Shown: positions 7,425-15,749 of the stretch, in pieces
How the letters are laid out: each line of letters starts with the position of its first letter
Numbering within the stretch: the first letter of the stretch is position 1
Origin: a virus
Lineage: Duplodnaviria; Caudoviricetes
Direction: 5' to 3' (one strand)
DNA length: 54,248 bases
Virus record (IMG/VR): IMGVR_UViG_3300046824_000127
Span: 1-54,248 of that record
Position numbers and translations under genes: made by a program
The notes under the pieces: model-generated
Told to the model about the DNA's origin: nothing
The model's database searches: none
The model's input: the letters and a program-made list of their open reading frames with translations, nothing else

Positions 7425-10062
7425 GACACAACCGATCTCCGCGCCTCTCGAGGCGGGCATGACGCTTCTCCATCGCAACCAACGAGAGGTTGCCGATGTG
7501 AATCTGACCCTCACCGGTGTAACGACCGGTCGGGTGTCTCGCGGGCAGTTTGCCCTTGACCGTACGCTGGTTCCAGTACTGATGGCGTTCCAGCGGCAGC
7601 CAGTTGAAGAACGCCTCGTAGAACTTGGAGATCTGGACGACCTCACCCTCGACCTGCGTACAGACGTCCTCGAGGAACTCGGTCAGCTCGTCCCGGTTCG
7701 CCCTCGCCTGATCTTCCTTGAGTCCGGTCTCGACGACCGGGATCCGCAACCGTTCGTTGGTGGGCGGGATCTCGAGCTTCAAGATCGTGTGGAGGAAGTG
7801 CGGCGCCTCTTCGACCAGTCGCTCCATGAGCGTGTGCTTCGGGATCTCCTCCTCCGGAGGATCCACGTAGATCATCACGATGCGCGTGTCGCCGACTTCC
7901 ACCGGACAGTAGTCCGGCGAGTTAGCGCACTGGATGAAGTGGAGAGTGTTGTTCACGTCGTAGATCGTCTTGCCCTTGAAGTGGATGGCGATGGTCTCAC
8001 CGGTCACGAGGTCCTTGATCCGGTTGTACGCTTCCTTGTTCTTCTTGAGCGAGACCTCCTCGATGATCGCGAGTACACGCCCCACGAGTTCTCCATTGAA
8101 AGCATCCCGAGACCGAAGTGCCTGGTCCGCCTTGGCAACACCCTTCATGGGGTCCGCAAACAACCGCCGCAAGGCCTCGTGAAAGGTCGACTTGCCAGAC
8201 TTCTGCGGCCCTACGAAGAAGAGATAGGGCAGCGGCCTGGTCGGCTCTTGGAACAGTGCAGCGGTCCAGCACTTCCCATAGTCCGCCCCGCTTGCGATAC
8301 CGTATCGCTTGCACCACGGATTCTCCAGGACCGCCGGGGTCAACGTGGAGAACACATGCCCCAACAACATGTCCCACGTTGGGTGCGGTCCCTCCTTCGG
8401 GCTGAAACCAAGTTGTGCCGCTCCACGATTCCATCGCCGTCCTCCTGGATACTCGTCCTTGAACGGGATGCTCACCATCACCCACGGATTGGTGATGCTC
8501 AGACCGAGCAGCTTATCGATGTCCGTGAACCCCTGCGACTTGAGCACGGTGTTCACGTTGACTCGCGGTTCCCACATCCAGCCTTCATGCGAGTTGATGA
8601 ACCAACCAGCGTCCTCCGAGGCCGAGACCACATGTCGGACCACCTGATCGGGAGGCTCCGGTTCCTCTCGCGCTCCCTCGATCGTCACTACTCGCTGCCA
8701 GAACGCACCCTTCGGTCGGGAACTCTGGAGCCAACCGGTTTCGTGGTTGTCGGTCTCCTCTCGCACCACGCGCAGCAGTACCTTGCCCGGCTGTCCCTTG
8801 ACCCCGGAGATCGAGGTCTGACGCATGTGGAACAGCTGCGTGAGTTCGAACTTCGGTCCACCGAGGTCCTTCAGGCACTGCATTGCCTTGAGGGCGGATT
8901 TGAACACGAATGCACCCTTCTCATCCTCCACACCATCGTGAGCCGCGGCGGCTGCCGCCAACTCCGCTGGGTGGTTGAACAAGCAGCGCGTCCAACCGTT
9001 GGCATCCTTCTGCCAGGCGGAATGCTCTCTCGCGTTCTGGGAGAACCGTCGCACCACCCACGCTCCACCTCTGATGGGGAACATGTAGCAGTTCTTGTCG
9101 GAACTACCACCCTTTCCCTCGGAGATCGTGTAGAAGATACCCTTCAACTTCAGCGTCTCGTGCGCCTTCTTGAGCGCGATCGTGTGGGTGACCAACATGT
9201 TGCGATCTGAGTCCCACGAGGTGAAGCAGTTCTGGGTCCGCAGGAAGTCGATCACCCGTAGGTGGTCCTGGTCAAGGACCGTGTACTTCACCCGCGACAC
9301 AATCTCCTCGAAGTTCGCCTCGTTGTCCCCGGTCTCCGATGGAGGCTTGACCTTGTGATGCTTACCCTCGACGACTTCTGCGTGGTCCTTCCAGTTCTCC
9401 GGGACCTTCGTCAGCGCGGTTCCCGCCTTCACCAGCGAGAACCCCTGTGGCTTCGTCTCACGATGCCAGACCCACAGGTTCCCGCCGAGCTTGTCGACCT
9501 GCGAGGCGAGGTTGTGTCCGACCACGCCGCTCAACTCCGAGAGGATCGCTCTGGCCAAGGCCGCGTGCACGTTGTGGTTCTCGGTCGGAACCGGTGGATC
9601 GAGGAAGACGTACAGGTGCAGACCAAGTCCTCCCTTGCTCCGACGCACCGTAACCCACTCAACCGTGGATACGCGGTCCTTGATGGTGTCGAGTTCGGTG
9701 GCCGTCAACCCCTGCACGTGGCCGATCACCGCGTCGAAGTCGAAGCCCACCCACCGCGAGCACCTGGCCTTCCAATCCCAACCCGTCATCCCGACAGCCT
9801 CGATGTGTTTCGTGCTCCACTTCAACGGGCGATCGATGTACTCAGGAGTCGCGTTCGCCTTCCACGGGATTCGGAAAGACTTCCAGGTCTCACCGTCGGC
9901 TCTCCAACCGGTCCAGTGATGACCTTGCCAATCTCCTTCCACTCGCTCCCCACCGTCCTGCGCAACGTTCACCTGACATTCCATGTCAGCGTTGTACAAG
10001 TGCGCAAGCTCAGGGTTCGCGTTCGTCGAGAGGAACTGGTGGATCACGTCGGTACGGAGCAT
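7408..10062 (-). CDS. Primase-helicase (AEP/prim-pol N-terminus, SF3/D5-like helicase C-terminus)
   Basis: FDFD and SKGGLGLHLY primase motifs; GPQKSGKS Walker A; IIEE Walker B; CAN motif C. Confidence 0.88.
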   Translation of the reverse strand: MLRTDVIHQFLSTNANPELAHLYNADMECQVNVAQDGGERVEGDWQGHHWTGWRADGETWKSFRIPWKANATPEYIDRPLKWSTKHIEAVGMTGWDWKARCSRWVGFDFDAVIGHVQGLTATELDTIKDRVSTVEWVTVRRSKGGLGLHLYVFLDPPVPTENHNVHAALARAILSELSGVVGHNLASQVDKLGGNLWVWHRETKPQGFSLVKAGTALTKVPENWKDHAEVVEGKHHKVKPPSETGDNEANFEEIVSRVKYTVLDQDHLRVIDFLRTQNCFTSWDSDRNMLVTHTIALKKAHETLKLKGIFYTISEGKGGSSDKNCYMFPIRGGAWVVRRFSQNAREHSAWQKDANGWTRCLFNHPAELAAAAAAHDGVEDEKGAFVFKSALKAMQCLKDLGGPKFELTQLFHMRQTSISGVKGQPGKVLLRVVREETDNHETGWLQSSRPKGAFWQRVVTIEGAREEPEPPDQVVRHVVSASEDAGWFINSHEGWMWEPRVNVNTVLKSQGFTDIDKLLGLSITNPWVMVSIPFKDEYPGGRRWNRGAAQLGFSPKEGPHPTWDMLLGHVFSTLTPAVLENPWCKRYGIASGADYGKCWTAALFQEPTRPLPYLFFVGPQKSGKSTFHEALRRLFADPMKGVAKADQALRSRDAFNGELVGRVLAIIEEVSLKKNKEAYNRIKDLVTGETIAIHFKGKTIYDVNNTLHFIQCANSPDYCPVEVGDTRIVMIYVDPPEEEIPKHTLMERLVEEAPHFLHTILKLEIPPTNERLRIPVVETGLKEDQARANRDELTEFLEDVCTQVEGEVVQISKFYEAFFNWLPLERHQYWNQRTVKGKLPARHPTGRYTGEGQIHIGNLSLVAMEKRHARLERRGDRLCHVDQS

Positions 10063-10118
10063 ACTTTCCTTTACTTTCCTTTAGTTTCCTTTAGGTTCCT
10101 TTTCTTGAGGAAGAGGAA
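10063..10118. repeat. Phased TTCCT array A
   Basis: TTCCT at 10066, 10076, 10086, 10096; overlaps the primase SD region. Confidence 0.85.
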
Positions 10119-10129
10119 AAGATTGACTC

Positions 10130-10222
10130 TTCCTTCTCTCTCTATCCATCACACTTCTACTCACCACCTTTGGGAAATAAAGGACATAGAAGACTACCAC
10201 TTCTCTTCTTCATTACTTCACT
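10130..10222. repeat. AT-rich element, diverged copy 1
   Basis: TTCCTTCTCTCTCTAT...GGAAATAAAGGACA shared with 50222-50310. Confidence 0.8.
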
Positions 10223-10232
10223 ACTCTACCCG

Positions 10233-10315
10233 GGGAAGAACGAGGAACATAGAGGATAGTTTCCTTATTTTTCCTTTTTATTCCTTTCCATTCCTCGGAC
10301 TTCCTCTGGTAGAAT
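10233..10315 (+). promoter_or_regulatory. Phased TTCCT array B plus extended -10 promoter
   Basis: TTCCT at 10261, 10271, 10281, 10291, 10301; inverted-like copies at 10233, 10243, 10253; TGGTAGAAT at 10307-10315. Confidence 0.75.
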
Positions 10316-10321
10316 GTACCC

Positions 10322-11185
10322 ATGATGGAGTTTGCGCGTGAGTATCCGAGGCTGGTGCGCGACACATGGGAGCACGGTGCGCATCGCACAGCTCGCGGTC
10401 GACCGCATCGAGCACTCTTCAACGTGGTGATCGATACCCTCGCGGTTGAGAACACCCTGATCGGCAACGGCTTCTCGAAGAAGTTCGCCATCGCAGAGCT
10501 CATGGCCTATACGGCTGGTTGGGACGACGTCGCCTGGTTGGCGCGGTTCAACAAGAACATCGCGCAGTTCAGTGACGACGGCGTGTCCTTCTACGGAGCG
10601 TACGGTGCCCGAATTTCGGAGTTGATCCAACCTCTCCTCACGCTCCTCACCGAGGATCCTGAGACTCGTCAAGCGGTGTGTCAGATCTACGATCCCACCG
10701 ACCTCATGGCGGAGACGAAGGACAAGCCATGCAACACGATGTTCCAACTCCAGACGATCGGTCACGTTCTCGACATGACGATCTACCAGAGGTCGTGCGA
10801 TCTGGTGTGGGGACTTCCGTACGATCACTTCAGCTTCTCTACGCTCCTGATCCTGTTCGCGCATCAGCTGGGTTTGCAACCTGGGCGCGTGATCAGGATG
10901 ATCGGGAACGCGCATGTCTACGAGCCCGAAGCTGGTTTCGCTAACCACGCTCGCCTGAACAAGGCGATGGAGAAGCAGCAGACTGAACTGTGGTTGCCGA
11001 AGCCCAACTCGCTGCTCGCATTCCGCGAGACCGCGATGATCGCTCGGTATTACATCGAGGCCGCGGACAAGAAGGACTACAAGGCCTTGACCCCAGAAGA
11101 GTTCACACCCGAGGCGCAGCAACTCGTCGAGCAACTCGGGTATCCCATCATCATGGACGAGAGCCACAAGGTGAAGAAGCCATGA
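10322..11185 (+). CDS. Thymidylate-synthase homologue, dCMP hydroxymethylase/methylase type
   Basis: AEL, GAYG, TRQAV, KDKPCN, QRSCDLVWGLPYD, NAHVY; Asp at the substrate-specificity position. Confidence 0.85.
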   Translation: MMEFAREYPRLVRDTWEHGAHRTARGRPHRALFNVVIDTLAVENTLIGNGFSKKFAIAELMAYTAGWDDVAWLARFNKNIAQFSDDGVSFYGAYGARISELIQPLLTLLTEDPETRQAVCQIYDPTDLMAETKDKPCNTMFQLQTIGHVLDMTIYQRSCDLVWGLPYDHFSFSTLLILFAHQLGLQPGRVIRMIGNAHVYEPEAGFANHARLNKAMEKQQTELWLPKPNSLLAFRETAMIARYYIEAADKKDYKALTPEEFTPEAQQLVEQLGYPIIMDESHKVKKP

Positions 11186-12105
11186 GACTGATCCTCGAAG
11201 GTATCGATGGCGTCGGCAAGTCGACCATCCTCGAGCACATCGAGCGCACGCACCGCGTGAAGTCCCTTCACCTCGTGAAGCCGCCGAAGGGCGTGACTCC
11301 GCACAAATGGTCGGATTACTTCCGCCAGTCGTACGACACCGCGGAACTCCTCTCCCGCTCACACATCTCCGAGCGGGTGTACGGAACCCTGATCCGCAAC
11401 AAGTCGCTGATCGACGACTGGCAGAACTGGCTCCTCAACCTTCAGCTCGAGGTCCGCGGCTTCCACATCGCGTACATCGTCCGCGATCTCGCGTTGGTCG
11501 AGGAGCAGATCAAGGCTCGAGGAACCTCCGCGAGCGACTACGACCTGTGGGTCATCAACAACTGGTTCGCGATGGGTCAGGCGTATCTGAAGTACCTGCC
11601 TCCGCATCTCACGACGCAGGTCCACAACGCCGGCCAACTCAGTCAGGCGGTGGATGCCGCCGCGATCGTGGGAACCAGTCCGCTCTTCACCAGCAGCACC
11701 GAGCTGCGTGGGATCGGTTCGCTCACCCCGAAGGTCATCGTCGTCGGCGACGAGTTCACGCTCCGCCGCAGGGATTTCGTTCACGCGAAGCCCTTCGACT
11801 TCGGGGAAGCGTCGAAGCTCCTGTTCGAGGCGCTGCAACAGCTCCGCCACATCTACATCACCAACAGCTTCTACGCTGACCTCGGCGAGATCCGCTCGCA
11901 GTTCCAACTCGGCGACGAGTTGCGTCGGTTCGCTGGCGCGAAGATCATCGCCTTGGGAGTGGAGGCCGCGAAGCGACTCAAGCGGGTCGGGTTCGAGGCC
12001 AATCAGATCGTCCCGCATCCGCAGTACTGGCGGCGCTTCAAGTACGCCGACCGCGGATCCTACGTCAACGACCTGCGTCACGTCGCGGAGAACTTTCATG
12101 GATAA
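11182..12105 (+). CDS. dNMP kinase fused to a uracil-DNA-glycosylase-superfamily domain
   Basis: EGIDGVGKST P-loop and RSHISERVYG; then VIVVGDE, PF, YITN, IALG..A, HPQYW. Confidence 0.75.
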   Translation: MRLILEGIDGVGKSTILEHIERTHRVKSLHLVKPPKGVTPHKWSDYFRQSYDTAELLSRSHISERVYGTLIRNKSLIDDWQNWLLNLQLEVRGFHIAYIVRDLALVEEQIKARGTSASDYDLWVINNWFAMGQAYLKYLPPHLTTQVHNAGQLSQAVDAAAIVGTSPLFTSSTELRGIGSLTPKVIVVGDEFTLRRRDFVHAKPFDFGEASKLLFEALQQLRHIYITNSFYADLGEIRSQFQLGDELRRFAGAKIIALGVEAAKRLKRVGFEANQIVPHPQYWRRFKYADRGSYVNDLRHVAENFHG

Positions 12106-12595
12106 GAGCGCGCTCATCGCGATCCTTGGCCAGTTCGGTGAGGCGGAGGCAATCGCTGAGGTGATCCACGATTGCCTCCCACTCCGTGATCCGCTGCCGT
12201 TCAAGCGGCGCACCGAGCGGAAGACCGTCACGGTTTCCCTCGGCACCGATGGCAACATGGCCGTCGACGTCGAGGTCGGGTTCTACGAGGACGGAAGTCC
12301 GGGCGAGGTCTTCCTCAAGTCCGGCAAGGAGGGCACGGCGATCCGCGACCTGTTCGACGGGATCGCGATCATGCTCTCCGTCTCAATGCAACATGGCGTT
12401 CCGATCTCTGCGTTCCCAGTCCGCGGCCGGGGCAACGAGCTCACGGGCGAGGGGAACGAACTCTTGGACAGCATCTTCGAAGCCGTGGAGGAACTGTGCA
12501 CCACTCCGAAGCCGACTACTTCACAGACCGCGTCCGTGAGTTCATGCTCAAGCACGGAGCACCCATCGGCGTCGGACCCACCCTCGCAGCGCTGA
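12098..12595 (+). CDS. Stand-alone class II RNR C-terminal (TSCPD-like) domain
   Basis: VGFYEDGSPGEVFL..GKEG...AIMLSVSMQHGVP. Confidence 0.7.
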   Translation: MDKSALIAILGQFGEAEAIAEVIHDCLPLRDPLPFKRRTERKTVTVSLGTDGNMAVDVEVGFYEDGSPGEVFLKSGKEGTAIRDLFDGIAIMLSVSMQHGVPISAFPVRGRGNELTGEGNELLDSIFEAVEELCTTPKPTTSQTASVSSCSSTEHPSASDPPSQR

Positions 12596-13044
12596 CTCTT
12601 CGCAAGAGTCTCGTCTACGAAGAGGCCAGCGAGATCCTCCTCGCGGTCCACGACAAGAACGAAGAGGACTTCATCGACGGACTCGGCGACTTCATCTACG
12701 TCGCCGCTGGAACGTGGGTCTCGGTGGCCACGAAGAAAACCCCGATGCGGCACAACCTGAACCCGATCAAGGGTGTCCACAACCTGTGGGATCCTCGGTT
12801 CGTCGACGCGGTCCATCACCGGATCGACAAGACGCTCGAGAGTCTCATCAAGCATCGCTACTCCGAGGTGATCTACCACGCCGTCGCACTGCCCCACGAA
12901 CTGGGGTACGACGTCAAGGGGATCTTCGACGAGATCCACTCGAGCAACATGACCAAGACGCCCACCAAGGGCGATATCAGGGTGCGTGTCAAGGGTCCCG
13001 ACTTCCGGCTCCCCGACCTCACCCGCTTCTTGAGAGGGAAGTGA
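12496..13044 (+). CDS. MazG/HisE-like nucleotide pyrophosphohydrolase
   Basis: EEASE, DGLGDFIYV, EIHSSNMTK, KGPDFRLPDL; GGAGG before GTG. Confidence 0.85.
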   Translation: MHHSEADYFTDRVREFMLKHGAPIGVGPTLAALTLRKSLVYEEASEILLAVHDKNEEDFIDGLGDFIYVAAGTWVSVATKKTPMRHNLNPIKGVHNLWDPRFVDAVHHRIDKTLESLIKHRYSEVIYHAVALPHELGYDVKGIFDEIHSSNMTKTPTKGDIRVRVKGPDFRLPDLTRFLRGK

Positions 13045-13045
13045 C

Positions 13046-13192
13046 ATGGACGATCTGCTCCAGCAGATGAAGATGGCGATGGAGTCGCAGATGAACTGCG
13101 AGGTCGAGGTGACCGGCGAGAACGAGCTCTCCGTCTCCATCGAGGCCGAGGGCGAGACCAAGACGTACACCGTCACGGTTCGCCAGGACTAG
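13046..13192 (+). CDS. Small acidic protein (48 aa, not in ORF track)
   Basis: MDDLLQQMKMAMESQ...TVRQD; strongly biased codons. Confidence 0.65.
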   Translation: MDDLLQQMKMAMESQMNCEVEVTGENELSVSIEAEGETKTYTVTVRQD

Positions 13193-13194
13193 TC

Positions 13195-13314
13195 GTGAAC
13201 CTCTGGGAATACCTGAACGGCTGCGGCTTCTGGCAGTGGATGGGGAACTGCTTCCTCGCTCTCTGCCTGGCTGCCGGTCTCTCAGGTCTGATCCGGATCA
13301 CGGTCAAGAAGTGA
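13195..13314 (+). CDS. Small membrane peptide (not in ORF track)
   Basis: MNLWEYLNGCGFWQWMGNCFLALCLAAGLSGLIRITVKK; GTGA-coupled to the next gene. Confidence 0.5.
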   Translation: MNLWEYLNGCGFWQWMGNCFLALCLAAGLSGLIRITVKK

Positions 13315-13709
13315 GGGACAAGCTTCTCCGCCTGCACATGGACTTCGCGGTTCGCGTTGCTGAGCTGTCGCATTGCGTGCGGCAACAGAACGCGTGCGTG
13401 TTGACGTCCCTCGACGGAGAGCGAGTCCTCGCGTTCGGGTACAACGGGACCTGGAGGGGTGGACCCAACCAGTGCACAGGTCCCAATGAACCCGGGAAGT
13501 GCGAGTGCATCCATGCTGAGGTGAATGCCCTCATCAAGAGTCGGGCGTTCGAACCCTTCGTTGCTTTCGTCACGACGAGCCCCTGTCCGAACTGCGCCAA
13601 GTGCCTGGTGAACTCTGGGTGCAAGATGGTGGTTTGCGGTCAAGCGTACCGCGTAACGGATGGCGTCGTGCTGCTTCAGGACGCGGGAGTGGAGGTTTCC
13701 TTTGTCTAA
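13311..13709 (+). CDS. dCMP deaminase
   Basis: GYNG, HAEVNAL, SPCPNC. Confidence 0.92.
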   Translation: MRDKLLRLHMDFAVRVAELSHCVRQQNACVLTSLDGERVLAFGYNGTWRGGPNQCTGPNEPGKCECIHAEVNALIKSRAFEPFVAFVTTSPCPNCAKCLVNSGCKMVVCGQAYRVTDGVVLLQDAGVEVSFV

Positions 13710-13781
13710 GGAAACTCGAGGAAAACTTCCTTTTTATTCCTCGACATTCCTTCTCACTCCTCGGCGTTCCTCTGGTAGTAT
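13709..13781 (+). promoter_or_regulatory. Phased TTCCT array C plus extended -10 promoter
   Basis: AGGAA at 13709 and 13719; TTCCT at 13727, 13737, 13747, CTCCT at 13757, TTCCT at 13767; then TGGTAGTAT. Confidence 0.75.
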
Positions 13782-13868
13782 GGGTAGTGTGAAGATTGGA
13801 CTTCGGGTGGTGTCTGCCGGCACGGTGTCGGCGGGAGAAACCCGAGCATCTGTACAGGAGTCAGAGTC

Positions 13869-14801
13869 ATGACCATGAGAGTCGCAGTCCTCGCCCTCGC
13901 GGCGATCGTCCCGCCGAAGGTCGCGCTTCGGACCGTGGACAAGGAGGATTCGAAGGGAGTCTACAAGGGACTCGTCGAGTCGATCAAGGAGTCCGGCGTC
14001 ATCAACGCGATCGCGGTCAAGGAGGCCAAGATCAAGGACGAGCAGACCGGCGTCGAGCGCGACATGTACCAGATCATCGACGGTCTGCAGCGCTACTGCG
14101 CGAGCGTCGACGCGGGTCTGACGGAGATCCCGGTCCAGATCCTCGACGCCGACGAGGCCGAGGCGCTGGAGCTGCAGATCGAGGGCAACGTCCACAAGAT
14201 CGAGACGAAGCCGATCCAGTACTCGAAGCAGCTGCTCAAGATCCTCGCCGCGCACCCCGAGCGCACCGTGAAGATCCAGGCCGCGCGTCTCGCGAAGAGC
14301 GAGGGCTGGCTGAAGGACAAGCTGCGCCTGCAGAAGCTCGTGCCCGAGGCGCAGACGCTCGTCGACGACGGCAAGATCCCGCTGAGCTCGGCGTACATCC
14401 TCGCCAAGCTCGACGACGACGAGCAGGACGAGTGGCTGGAGAAGGCGCAGACGCTGCCGCCCGACCAGTTCATGCCGCAGGTCGCGAACCGCATCAACGA
14501 GCTGAAGAAGCTCCACAAGGACGACCCGAAGCCGGAGCGCAAGCCGACGCCGCTGATCCGCAAGAAGGGCGAGATCCTCGAGATGTTCGGCAACCTGCCG
14601 GCGGAGCCCAAGGACGACAAGCAGTCCGGCTTCAAGTCGGCGCTCGAGTGGGTCGTCCAGATGGACGAGTCCTCGATCGCCGCGTGGCACGCCAAGGAGG
14701 CGGAGGAGCTGGCCAAGCGCGAAGCGCGCAAGGCCGAGAAGGCGAAGGAGAAGGCGAACAAGAAGTCCGAACTCCCGAGCATCGACGACCTCCTCAAGTA
14801 G
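13869..14801 (+). CDS. ParB/Srx-family protein
   Basis: LVESIKESGVINAI, YQIIDGLQRY, following HTH-like region. Confidence 0.85.
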   Translation: MTMRVAVLALAAIVPPKVALRTVDKEDSKGVYKGLVESIKESGVINAIAVKEAKIKDEQTGVERDMYQIIDGLQRYCASVDAGLTEIPVQILDADEAEALELQIEGNVHKIETKPIQYSKQLLKILAAHPERTVKIQAARLAKSEGWLKDKLRLQKLVPEAQTLVDDGKIPLSSAYILAKLDDDEQDEWLEKAQTLPPDQFMPQVANRINELKKLHKDDPKPERKPTPLIRKKGEILEMFGNLPAEPKDDKQSGFKSALEWVVQMDESSIAAWHAKEAEELAKREARKAEKAKEKANKKSELPSIDDLLK

Positions 14802-14820
14802 CCGAAGGCCTCGCGGCCGA

Positions 14821-14897
14821 CGACTACGCGCGTCCTGCCCTTGACGAAATGAGGGTAGCCGCTGGATCTGCAAGGGTCCAGCGGCTCGCGTAGTTGG
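14821..14897 (+). ncRNA. Repeated hairpin motif, copy 1
   Basis: AGCCGCTGGATCT-GCAA-GGGTCCAGCGGCT-CGCGTA-GTTGG; upstream CGACTACGCG can pair with the 3' tail. Confidence 0.6.
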
Positions 14898-14944
14898 GAG
14901 GAGTCCTCCCACCGACCGGCGCGGACTCGCCGAGACGAAAGGTG

Positions 14945-15631
14945 ATGGACATGACGGATCCGAAGCCCGCCAGCGACATCGTGGTCGTGGGCAGCCAGCT
15001 CGACGCCGACAAGGCGATGGCGCTGGTCAACGAGATGAGCGAGGGCAACTACGTTCCTCGCATCGACCTGCTGCAAGCCGGGAGCGGCGCTCGCCGTTCG
15101 GGCGTGGGGAACGACGGCGAGTTCGTGCACAACGGCAGCACGAACCTCGGCAAGACGTTCACCGGCATCTTCGCGGACTGGCGTCCGCACGCGATCATGT
15201 TCGACGAGGACGGCAACGTGATCGCGGAGTCCTTCGACCCCGCGAGCGAGACGTTCAAGTCGATCAAGGCGAAGGAGGCGGGTCCGAAGGTGAAGGGCGA
15301 GCGACCGGGATCCGGCGCCGACTTCCTCGTGTGGATCCCCGAGCACGGCGTGTTCGGCATCCTCCCGCTGCTCAAGACCGCGCGCCGCCACATCAAGCCG
15401 GCGTACACGTTGCTCCTGCAGAAGAAGGCCGCGGTCATCACCAGCCAGCTGGTCGAGGCTCGTGGTTACGCGTGGATGTCGCCGAACATCAGCGCGTTCC
15501 AGGGCACGATCGACCCGACGAAGGGACCGCTGCCGGAGCTCACGGAGAAGGCGACCCGTCTCTTCCGTGCCGGCGGTCAGGTCGCCGAAGCCGAGGCGGC
15601 GCCCGCCGACTCGACCGCGCGTCCGCGCTAG
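14945..15631 (+). CDS. Putative ssDNA-binding/annealing protein
   Basis: PRIDLLQ..S N-terminus, aromatic beta-rich core, low-complexity tail, position in replication block, strong codon bias. Confidence 0.45.
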   Translation: MDMTDPKPASDIVVVGSQLDADKAMALVNEMSEGNYVPRIDLLQAGSGARRSGVGNDGEFVHNGSTNLGKTFTGIFADWRPHAIMFDEDGNVIAESFDPASETFKSIKAKEAGPKVKGERPGSGADFLVWIPEHGVFGILPLLKTARRHIKPAYTLLLQKKAAVITSQLVEARGYAWMSPNISAFQGTIDPTKGPLPELTEKATRLFRAGGQVAEAEAAPADSTARPR

Positions 15632-15696
15632 ACGGATCGAGAGATCTGCGTTCACGAAGGTCTTGGCCTCAACCTAGACTGGACACGCTAGCCGGA

Positions 15697-15739
15697 CAAC
15701 AGCCGGCGGATCGCAAGGTCCGCCGGCTCGCGTAGTTGG
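15697..15739 (+). ncRNA. Repeated hairpin motif, copy 2
   Basis: CAAC-AGCCGGCGGATC-GCAA-GGTCCGCCGGCT-CGCGTA-GTTGG. Confidence 0.6.
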
Positions 15740-15749
15740 AGGGTCACGT

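Noticed and set aside
4266-9210. Long + strand ORFs (609, 401, 636 aa)
   Set aside because: Antisense shadows of motif-bearing minus-strand genes; expected with high-GC codon bias
10322-11185. Annotation as ordinary thyA
   Set aside because: The specificity residue is Asp (PYD) rather than Asn; gene symbol withheld
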